Origin: Promethearchaeota archaeon
GTDB taxonomy: Archaea > Asgardarchaeota > Lokiarchaeia > Sigyniarchaeales > SOKP01
DNA length: 25,792 nt
NCBI GenBank assembly: GCA_011364925.1
Contig: RDOA01000051.1
Location: 1-25,792, forward strand
Direction of reading: 5' to 3'
The number at the start of each line of letters is the position of its first letter. The first letter of the stretch is position 1. The translations under genes and the position numbers were made by a program. Shown one piece after another: positions 18,564 through 25,792 of this stretch. Below the pieces are notes generated by a model. That model had not been told where the DNA came from, did not search any database, and saw only the letters and a program-made list of their open reading frames with translations.

Positions 18564-19463
18564 ATGTCTGAAGATAATCCCGAAAATAAGTTGGTTATTT
18601 CAGCCGCATTAGCCGGTGCAGTTACAACTAAGGCTAATAATCCAGACGTTCCATATACGGCTGAAGAATTTGGAGATGAGGCGAGGAAATGTTATGATGC
18701 AGGTGCTGCTATTGTTCATATCCATGCTCGAGATCCTATAAAAGGCAATCCAACGCATGATTTAGATTTAATAAAGGCAGTATTAGAGAATATTAAATCA
18801 AAAGCGCCTGATATAATAATCAATTTAAGTACAGCAATTAGTACTGTTGCAACAGATAAACAAAGAATTGCCCCTGTTCAAACATATAAACCACCTTTAG
18901 CATCCCTAAATACAGCATCTATGAATTTTGCGGTTGGTGATTACAGAACTGGTAAAGTTGGTATGGGAGCTGATAACATTTTTGCAAATACTTTTAAAAC
19001 CATTTCTAAATTTGCAAAAGAGATGAAAAAAGTTGAGACTAAACCAGAAATGGAAATTTATGACTTAGGCGGTTTGTATAACATGCTCTTCTTAAATAGG
19101 CAAGAAGGTGCCTTTACACAACCTCTTCATTTTCAATTCGTATGGGGCGTTCTTGGAGGAATTCCATTCAATCCAAAGAACCTCTCTTTACTGCTCGATT
19201 TAATACCTCCAAATGCTACTTGGAGTGTATGTGGCGTTGCTAAGCAACAATTTCAATCAGCATTATGTGCTGCAGCTTTAGGAGGACATATCCGCGTTGG
19301 TTTAGAGGATAATACTCGTGTAGTAACAGGCGAACTAGCTAAAGGGAGTTACGAACAAGTCGCATGGGCTAAAAAAGTAGCTGAAGATGCCGGACGAGAA
19401 ATTGCTCAAGGAGAAGAAGCTAGAAAAATATTCCATCTGAAACAAGGACATGTAGAGTTATAA
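18564..19463 (+). CDS. BKACE beta-keto acid cleavage enzyme (DUF849/Kce family)
   Basis: NPDVPYT, GAAIVHIHARD (metal HxH), ASLN..SMNF, KPEMEIYD and GGHIRVGLEDN. Confidence 0.93.
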   Translation: MSEDNPENKLVISAALAGAVTTKANNPDVPYTAEEFGDEARKCYDAGAAIVHIHARDPIKGNPTHDLDLIKAVLENIKSKAPDIIINLSTAISTVATDKQRIAPVQTYKPPLASLNTASMNFAVGDYRTGKVGMGADNIFANTFKTISKFAKEMKKVETKPEMEIYDLGGLYNMLFLNRQEGAFTQPLHFQFVWGVLGGIPFNPKNLSLLLDLIPPNATWSVCGVAKQQFQSALCAAALGGHIRVGLEDNTRVVTGELAKGSYEQVAWAKKVAEDAGREIAQGEEARKIFHLKQGHVEL

Positions 19464-19564
19464 TTTTTCGTACAGCTCATTGATAATTAAAAACAACTTT
19501 TTTTATTTATTTTAATTTCAAAAATTTTTACTAGCTTCAAGTTGGCAATAAAAAAAGGAAAATA

Positions 19565-20080
19565 TTAACCTTCTAATAAGTTCTTCTTACGAATGTATTC
19601 ATCTTCGGATATTTCTCCTTTAGCTAATTGAAGCTTTAGAATTTTCAAAGGGTCAGTTTCTTTTGTTTCGTCTATCTGTCCTTCAAGGGGAGTTCTCAAA
19701 TCATCAAGGGACATTTTTATTAACATACTCAATTGATTATTTAATCCCGCTTCAAAAGTATTTAATCTTGCCTTTAGCATTTTTTTTCCCAATTTTGGGC
19801 TTTTTGTATCACTTCCCGTTATCAACTTTATGTCTAGATTAAACGATACTTCAGTACCAGACGATGTCTTGTTAAATAATACAGGAAATTTAACTTCCAT
19901 ATTCGTAGCAGGCAATAACTGAAATATGGTTTGATTTTCTTCACGAGGTCCTATCTCAATAATCTCGATCTTCGCGTTCCCTTCCCAAAACGATTTGGTT
20001 GTGAAAATTTCAATGAATTGCTCAAAAAATTTTTTGAAATCTGCTGGAATATCTTTGATTAAATCAACAATAATAACCAT
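19565..20080 (-). CDS. Hypothetical protein with C-terminal SHOCT domain
   Basis: C-terminal PLKILKLQLAKGEISEDEYIRKKNLL matches the SHOCT pattern. GGTGA lies upstream of the ATG. Confidence 0.75.
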   Translation of the reverse strand: MVIIVDLIKDIPADFKKFFEQFIEIFTTKSFWEGNAKIEIIEIGPREENQTIFQLLPATNMEVKFPVLFNKTSSGTEVSFNLDIKLITGSDTKSPKLGKKMLKARLNTFEAGLNNQLSMLIKMSLDDLRTPLEGQIDETKETDPLKILKLQLAKGEISEDEYIRKKNLLEG

Positions 20081-20247
20081 TTACTCACCATTGAAATAAT
20101 TAAAATGATAATTGTGATTTTCTAATAAAAGTGTATCTAATTCATAAAATGTAATAAATAAAGAAAATAAAAAAGTTAAATTTAACTTCTTCAGATATTT
20201 CTCTGATAACTTATAGCACAAAAAATTACCAAAAAAATAAATTAAAA

Positions 20248-20847
20248 TTAAAATGTAAAACCTTCAGGTAGCTCCGATTTTGAGGTTCCTTCAACTACAA
20301 ACCTTAGATCTGTAATTGTGTAAGTAGGTGCTTTAGTGTTAAAAATTGGTATCACCTTTTTATTGATTTCTGGTTCTCCAACGGCTAAAACGCTCATTAA
20401 AATCGTAACTACGCCTTCAAATTCTACATTGATAAATTTTATTGGCTTTGGAAGAGTGTTAAATGCTCCAGATCTATGAGTAATAATGTAAGAATGAATT
20501 TTAGCTGTAGTTTTTGCAATATCCGTCATGTCGATAATTGTGTTCTTCCTTAAACAATCTGGACAATATATTCTGAAAGGTTGATACATTGATCCTCTTG
20601 TTTCACATTTATCGTTATCACACCGAGTTGCCATTAATCTTCCCTTTCCCAAACCTTCGAAAAATGGGGCTTCTCCCCCATAGGAATGAATGTAGGTCAT
20701 GTCGCGAGGATTTGTTACACCTGCTAATTTTCCCGTATCCTTATCAAAAATTGGTTGATTTTTTTCTATGGTATGGAAAACTCCTCTTGGTTTATATCTT
20801 CCGTTTATTATATCAACAAATCCTTTTTCTTTTTCTGTTTTTGGCAT
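20248..20847 (-). CDS. Extended DUF35 Zn-ribbon/OB-fold protein, partner of the upstream thiolase-like protein
   Basis: YIHSYG..PFFEGL, CDNDKC...CPDC and an OB-like FINVEFEGV segment. Starts 3 nt after the thiolase-like gene. Confidence 0.85.
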   Translation of the reverse strand: MPKTEKEKGFVDIINGRYKPRGVFHTIEKNQPIFDKDTGKLAGVTNPRDMTYIHSYGGEAPFFEGLGKGRLMATRCDNDKCETRGSMYQPFRIYCPDCLRKNTIIDMTDIAKTTAKIHSYIITHRSGAFNTLPKPIKFINVEFEGVVTILMSVLAVGEPEINKKVIPIFNTKAPTYTITDLRFVVEGTSKSELPEGFTF

Positions 20848-20850
20848 CTT

Positions 20851-22272
20851 TTAATCCTCCTTAAGTAAGTGATTTGGATCCATTAAAATTGTGGTGGTAA
20901 CATGAGAACCGACACCAGCATGGCTTATTGCTAAACCTCGTTTGGCATTTTTAACTTGCAAACTAGTCCAGTCGTCGGGTTTTTCTCGACCAAAAGCATC
21001 CCATTTTTCTTGAGGTTCGTGTATTTCATCCCATCGATTCCAAATATGATATCCTATTTCTGCAATTTGCATTAATCCCGTTGCCCCTACGGCATGCATG
21101 CATCCTATTAATCCTCCGCTTAAATTACTTGGTAACTTACCTTGCTTTTTTGTATGAGGGTTGATAAGATAACCGTCTCCGGATTCTATGTAGTCTCTTC
21201 CTTCACCATATGGTCGTAATCCTAAATCTTCATAAGATTGTATATCACTAATAGTAAATGCGTCGTGTAGTTCAATGACATCAAGGTCCTCTATGGGGTC
21301 AACAACACCCGCCATCCTATATGTATAATACGCTGCCATCCTAGCAGCCAGAAAACCAGTAAAACCCGGATATCTATCGGATCCAGGGAATCTCGTCCCT
21401 AAATCTTTATAAGTTTCAGTTGTTTCATTAGGTAATAATGGAATTGTCATATTTCTTCGATCTGCTACTCTTAAAGTATGGCTTCCTGCTGCAATATAAA
21501 TTCTAAGAGGCTTATCCGTAATTTCATAAGCTGTTTTCTCATCGCAAACGATCCCGCATGCAGAACCTACACTCATCAGACAACAATCCAATGCCCTTAG
21601 GGGATAGGCGACGATTGGTGAATTTTTAACATCTTCAATTGTAATCTTTAAAGGTCCTTGAGCATGGGGATTCATACGAGCATATCCACGATTTTTTACA
21701 GCAATTTCTGCCATTGTATCTCTAAATGAATCTTCTTCCTTTCCAAAGATTTTCCAATACCGCTGAGCCATGACAGCATAATAACCTGTGTAAATATGTC
21801 CTAACGGAGTTTCCCAATCTTTATCTGCCGCAGCAGAAATGAGGTGGTTTCCTTCGTCAGTAGGTACTTCATCCATTCTCTCCCAACCTAAAGCAAGGGC
21901 GCAATCACTGTATCCCGATGCAACCGTTTTTACAGCTTCCCACATCGCAGAACCTCCAGTAGCTCCTCCTGTTTTAACCCCAATATTTCCAAGTGGGTCT
22001 AACCCGAGTCTATCGTGGATGACTGCCTCTCCTAAGAGTTGATCTCCAAAATGATCTGCAAAATGCCCGTAATAACATGTATGAATATATTTTTTTAGTT
22101 CTGATGGTGTCATGTTGACAAAATCCGCGGCAGCAGTGAAAGCTTGGATACAAAGCTCTTCAGTTCGAGTTTCTGGAAACGCTCGATCGAACTTAGACAT
22201 CCCTACTGTAGCTAAATAAACTGGTCTCATTAATTTAGGAATCTTCAGTTGTTTATCGCTAAATTTTATCAT
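20851..22272 (-). CDS. SCP2-type thiolase-fold protein lacking the nucleophilic Cys
   Basis: KTGGATGGSA at the Cys position, GWERM, AVKNR, NPHAQ, ELHDAF and NLSGGL..MHAVGATG. Confidence 0.88.
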   Translation of the reverse strand: MIKFSDKQLKIPKLMRPVYLATVGMSKFDRAFPETRTEELCIQAFTAAADFVNMTPSELKKYIHTCYYGHFADHFGDQLLGEAVIHDRLGLDPLGNIGVKTGGATGGSAMWEAVKTVASGYSDCALALGWERMDEVPTDEGNHLISAAADKDWETPLGHIYTGYYAVMAQRYWKIFGKEEDSFRDTMAEIAVKNRGYARMNPHAQGPLKITIEDVKNSPIVAYPLRALDCCLMSVGSACGIVCDEKTAYEITDKPLRIYIAAGSHTLRVADRRNMTIPLLPNETTETYKDLGTRFPGSDRYPGFTGFLAARMAAYYTYRMAGVVDPIEDLDVIELHDAFTISDIQSYEDLGLRPYGEGRDYIESGDGYLINPHTKKQGKLPSNLSGGLIGCMHAVGATGLMQIAEIGYHIWNRWDEIHEPQEKWDAFGREKPDDWTSLQVKNAKRGLAISHAGVGSHVTTTILMDPNHLLKED

Positions 22273-22458
22273 TTTTTAATCACTTTTGTATTCTCTTTCT
22301 TGGTTTATTCTAAAATTTAAACAAATAAAAAGATAGATATTTTAATTTCACTTTGAATAAAAGATTTCTATTTGTTTTTAGAATTGTATAATGGGAAAAG
22401 TTTCCTATTTGGATAACAGATGATAATTTTAATATTTTAAGAAGAGTGTACGATAATT

Positions 22459-23793
22459 ATGGATACAAGAATATCTGAGTTCTCTCCAATAAAAATTGCG
22501 CGATATGTCTCAGAACTAGATTTACTATCAAATCCTGTTCTAAATACCCAAGAAAAAGAGTTTTTAGCTGACTTATATGATTTTATGGAAAAAGTCTTAG
22601 ATCCAGAGTTAAAGAAATTAGAGGAATTGAATTATCTTGAAGAAGAACCAATACAAGTCAAAAAACGCGCAATTGTTATTGATATTATGAAGAAGCTAGC
22701 GGAGAAAGGTTATTATTCAACTATATTAAACACTGATGATTATGAAGTAGGGAGGATTACAAGAAATGCACTCATTGCTTATGCAATTTGTGGAGGGCGA
22801 TGGAGCGAATATAGCGAACGATATATTGCTGGAAATTACAGTATAGAGATGGGTAGGCTTGCGGGAGGTACACTTTATTGTAATCCCGTTAATTACGCAT
22901 CCGATGAAGCTCAGAAAGAACAATTTTTAGTCCCCGTTGCCCGTGATGGTCAAATTGGAGCATCAGCAATGACTGAATTCAACGCAGGATCTGATATCTT
23001 CAGCATGGAACTTAAGCTCTCTGAAAGGGGTGATGATATCATCGCAAAAGGTAAAAAACTCTTCATTACTAATGGTATGATTGCTAATTATATCATTCTT
23101 TACGGAAGACGGGATAACGGGCAATTAGGTGCAGTTATAGTAGATACAGAGGATCAACAACTAAAAAATTTAAGAACTACACGAGTAAGAACTTATGGAA
23201 TGACTGATGCCTTCGTAAGTCGGTTGATATTTGACAGAGTAGAAATTCCTAAAGAAAATCTCCTTCATGGTCATGGGTTAGATATTGCATTTCACCAACT
23301 TACGGAGGAAAGATTGGTAATAAGCGCTGAAGCTCTTGGAGACACGATGAAGAAATTGCTCTACTCTCACGCATATGCTCTCCAACGCAGACAATTTGAA
23401 AGAAGACTACATCAGTATCAAGTGATTCGATTTCCAATATCCAAAAAGATTCGAGAATTGAATCTGATGACAACCGCATTAATTCAATATGCCAGAGAGA
23501 TGGATAAGCATCCGGAGTTAGCAGGTTCAAAATTGATGGCTGCTAATGCTATGGGCTTAAAAATCAGTGCAACTGAATTAGGATTTGAAAGTTCAATACA
23601 CTGTTTTAGAACTTTAGGAGGGCGTGGATTTACCACGCAATATGCTAATGAGATTGGATTGTTAGATCCGTATTGCATGGTTCACGGTGGTGGCTCTAAT
23701 TATGTTTTGGAAGACAGTGAATCACGACGATTCTTCAAGTATAAACCACCTAAGAGCAAATATGATGATGAAGTTCCAAGAATTCACTACTAA
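22459..23793 (+). CDS. Acyl-CoA dehydrogenase (divergent, IVD/LCAD-type catalytic arrangement)
   Basis: AMTEFNAGSD, GKKLFITNG, LTEERL, RRQFER, LGGRGF and HGGGSN. Confidence 0.9.
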   Translation: MDTRISEFSPIKIARYVSELDLLSNPVLNTQEKEFLADLYDFMEKVLDPELKKLEELNYLEEEPIQVKKRAIVIDIMKKLAEKGYYSTILNTDDYEVGRITRNALIAYAICGGRWSEYSERYIAGNYSIEMGRLAGGTLYCNPVNYASDEAQKEQFLVPVARDGQIGASAMTEFNAGSDIFSMELKLSERGDDIIAKGKKLFITNGMIANYIILYGRRDNGQLGAVIVDTEDQQLKNLRTTRVRTYGMTDAFVSRLIFDRVEIPKENLLHGHGLDIAFHQLTEERLVISAEALGDTMKKLLYSHAYALQRRQFERRLHQYQVIRFPISKKIRELNLMTTALIQYAREMDKHPELAGSKLMAANAMGLKISATELGFESSIHCFRTLGGRGFTTQYANEIGLLDPYCMVHGGGSNYVLEDSESRRFFKYKPPKSKYDDEVPRIHY

Positions 23794-23878
23794 TTATATC
23801 TTTTCAAAAAAATATTTAGTTTTATTATAATTTAACACCGATCAAGCTATTAAAAAGAATAATTTTTTATTATTACCA

Positions 23879-24850
23879 ATGGATTACTTTTACAATTTTG
23901 AGACTTTAGACATCTCCAACATAGCAGATCAATATAAAGATAAGAAAATCGAAGATCTTTTTCCAAATCACTCTATAGTTACTAATGATATGGGAGAATT
24001 TATGGAAATCGTATGGAAACAAGAAAATTTTCAATGCGATTTGAAATTAACTCTCTCTAAGAATAAAATCCTTAGAAACTTAAAAACGGTTTATTATATC
24101 GGAGAAAATTTAGAACGACAACTCAATAAGAAAGGTGTAAAATCTTTATATGACCTCAAGATTAATTTAAAGTACAACCTTTCAGCTCATCAGGTTATAG
24201 ATCTAATAGAAAACAAAAAATATAGGACCCTTTGTAGAAATAAGTATATCTACGATCTTGATGTTGCGTTTTGCTTTGATTTGGAAGAATTACTTTTTCT
24301 TGATATAGAGACATTGGGATTATATGATAGCCCAATTATTATAGTTGGTTTAGGATATTTTGTAAACGATAAGTTTGAAATTCATATTTTATTCGCGAGA
24401 GATTTGGAAGAAGAAATTGCAGTATGTGAACACCTAAAAAAAGAAATTTTACCAAAGTATAAATGCTTTATAACCTATAACGGGAAAAGTTTTGACATTC
24501 CTTACATCGCTAATCGATTTCTTTATTTTTTCGACGAAAATCCAATGATATCAGAAGAAGAAGAACCTTACGAGAAATATAACAGCAAATTTCATCACAT
24601 AGATTTATATCATAATTGTCGTAGGAAATATAAGGGATTTTTTGAGAGCTACACGCTTACAGATATAGAGAATAATTTGCTAAATTTGAGTAGAGAAAAC
24701 GAGTTACCAAGTGGTTTAGTCGGATTATGCTACAAGAAGTATTTAGAAGCTCCATTAAGATATGTGGGTTTAGTAAAAGAAATAATTGATCATAATTATT
24801 GGGATATTTATTCGATGCCTTTAATTCTTCAAAAGTTATTAGAAGAATAA
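23879..24850 (+). CDS. YprB/COG3359 RNase H-like DEDD-type exonuclease
   Basis: FLDIETLGL, ITYNGKSFDIPYI, HIDL and HNYWD acidic motifs, plus an N-terminal HhH-like segment (YIGENLERQLNKKGV). Confidence 0.85.
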   Translation: MDYFYNFETLDISNIADQYKDKKIEDLFPNHSIVTNDMGEFMEIVWKQENFQCDLKLTLSKNKILRNLKTVYYIGENLERQLNKKGVKSLYDLKINLKYNLSAHQVIDLIENKKYRTLCRNKYIYDLDVAFCFDLEELLFLDIETLGLYDSPIIIVGLGYFVNDKFEIHILFARDLEEEIAVCEHLKKEILPKYKCFITYNGKSFDIPYIANRFLYFFDENPMISEEEEPYEKYNSKFHHIDLYHNCRRKYKGFFESYTLTDIENNLLNLSRENELPSGLVGLCYKKYLEAPLRYVGLVKEIIDHNYWDIYSMPLILQKLLEE

Positions 24851-24880
24851 TTTTATATTTTCCAAAATTGAATAGTACAA

Positions 24881-25525
24881 ATGGCTAAAAAAGTAGACAT
24901 TATTTCATTAAATAGAAAAGCGTGGAATAATGTAGTTGAGAAATACAGTAAATCAAAAAACGATAGTTTTAATCCATTAGTCGAGTATTTCTGCAACGAA
25001 CTTCCTGTATACGGTTCCCTTTTAGACATAGGCTCTGGAACAGGACTTCCTTATGCCAAATTGTTTGTAGAAAGAGGTTTTAATTATCTAGGGATCGATA
25101 TTTCTTCTCAAATGATTAAGATTGCGCAGATAAATGTCCCATCAGCGAAGTTCATGGAAATGTCCATGACAGAATTAAAATTTGAAAACGAATTTGATGG
25201 TGTTTTTTCGAGTTATTCTATGCTGTTACTTAGTCCTGAGTTAATGAAAGATGTTGCGAAAAGAATAGTGAACTCCCTAAAACCGGGAGGTTTGTTTTAC
25301 ATTTCGTTAAACGAACCTCGAGTAAAAAACGCTGATTTAGATAATGATGTTTTATGCGAAATAATGGGGGAAACGATGTACTCACGAGCTTATACTGAAG
25401 AAGAGATCATCAATACTTTTTCTTCCCTAGGTTTGCAGCGTCTTAAAATCCATCGCGAGCTTCTGAATTCAGAGGAATTTGGAGTCGAACATATGATGGC
25501 AATGGTTTTTAAAAAGGTTGAATGA
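24881..25525 (+). CDS. Class I SAM-dependent methyltransferase
   Basis: LLDIGSGTG, GIDISSQMI, FDGV and LKPGGLF. Confidence 0.92.
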   Translation: MAKKVDIISLNRKAWNNVVEKYSKSKNDSFNPLVEYFCNELPVYGSLLDIGSGTGLPYAKLFVERGFNYLGIDISSQMIKIAQINVPSAKFMEMSMTELKFENEFDGVFSSYSMLLLSPELMKDVAKRIVNSLKPGGLFYISLNEPRVKNADLDNDVLCEIMGETMYSRAYTEEEIINTFSSLGLQRLKIHRELLNSEEFGVEHMMAMVFKKVE

Positions 25526-25595
25526 TAACTTCTTATTAAATGATTAGAGGAAAGAAACTTTAATTAAATTTTAAATATTCTTAAAATTGAGAACT

Positions 25596-25792
25596 ATGGA
25601 CCAATTAGAAACGAAATTATTTGATCAATCTTGGACATTAAAAAATCGGGAAAAAATAATTTCAAAAATGCAAAAAACTCAGTACGATATTGTAATAATC
25701 GGAGCTGGGGTAACAGGAGCTGGTGTGGCGAGAGAAGCAGCAATGAGAAATTTGAAAGTTGCTATAGTAGATATGCAAGATTTTGCTGCTGG
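25596..25792 (+). CDS. glpD: FAD-dependent glycerol-3-phosphate dehydrogenase, N-terminal part (runs off the window; absent from the ORF track)
   Basis: Translates as MDQLETKLFDQSWTLKNREKIISKMQKTQYDIVIIGAGVTGAGVAREAAMRNLKVAIVDMQDFAA(G). This is the GlpD/GlpA N-terminus up to the DFAxG motif. Confidence 0.85.
   Translation, partial: MDQLETKLFDQSWTLKNREKIISKMQKTQYDIVIIGAGVTGAGVAREAAMRNLKVAIVDMQDFAA

Noticed and set aside
18564-19463. kce of lysine fermentation
   Set aside because: No other lysine-fermentation genes are nearby, and the N-terminal amine-binding Glu of Kce appears replaced (AGAV), so it is left as a generic BKACE.
13421-22272. Archaeal mevalonate-pathway thiolase/HMG-CoA synthase/DUF35 complex
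   Set aside because: There is no HMG-CoA synthase, and the thiolase-fold proteins lack the Cys needed for Claisen condensation.
699-23678. Short alternative-frame or antisense ORFs in the track (e.g. 699..941, 4530..4961, 7124..7360, 9739..10011, 15018..15257, 17238..17498, 20589..20864, 23300..23530)
   Set aside because: They lie within or almost entirely overlap well-supported genes and show no recognisable motifs, so they are shadow ORFs.
23879-25525. Nuclease plus methyltransferase as a restriction-modification or defence pair
   Set aside because: The methyltransferase is a small-molecule class I type without DPPY/NPPY or PC motifs, and the nuclease is YprB-like.

Overview
An AT-rich, gene-dense prokaryotic window. 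It is most likely archaeal and Lokiarchaeia/Asgard-like; this is inferred from GGTGA-type ribosome-binding motifs, oligo-T intergenic tracts and the lipid-catabolic gene content, since no marker gene is present. The left end carries a polar amino-acid ABC transporter, a Cys-motif hypothetical protein and a threonine aldolase. About 20 kb (4141-23793) is an acyl-CoA/lipid catabolic cluster: two acyl-CoA ligases, two crotonases, three thiolase-fold proteins that all lack the nucleophilic Cys, three DUF35 Zn-ribbon/OB proteins, a BKACE enzyme and an IVD/LCAD-type acyl-CoA dehydrogenase. Two of the thiolase-fold proteins closely resemble the actinobacterial sterol side-chain aldolases Ltp3/Ltp4. 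At the centre is a tail-to-tail mirror duplication of a two-gene module (COG1233 FAD oxidoreductase plus FNR/2Fe-2S reductase). The diverged copies share three nested, perfectly identical 42-46 bp inverted patches, pointing to gene conversion or inversion-mediated shuffling. The right end has a YprB-like nuclease, a SAM methyltransferase and the start of a GlpD-type glycerol-3-phosphate dehydrogenase. No RNA genes, CRISPR arrays or mobile elements were recognised.
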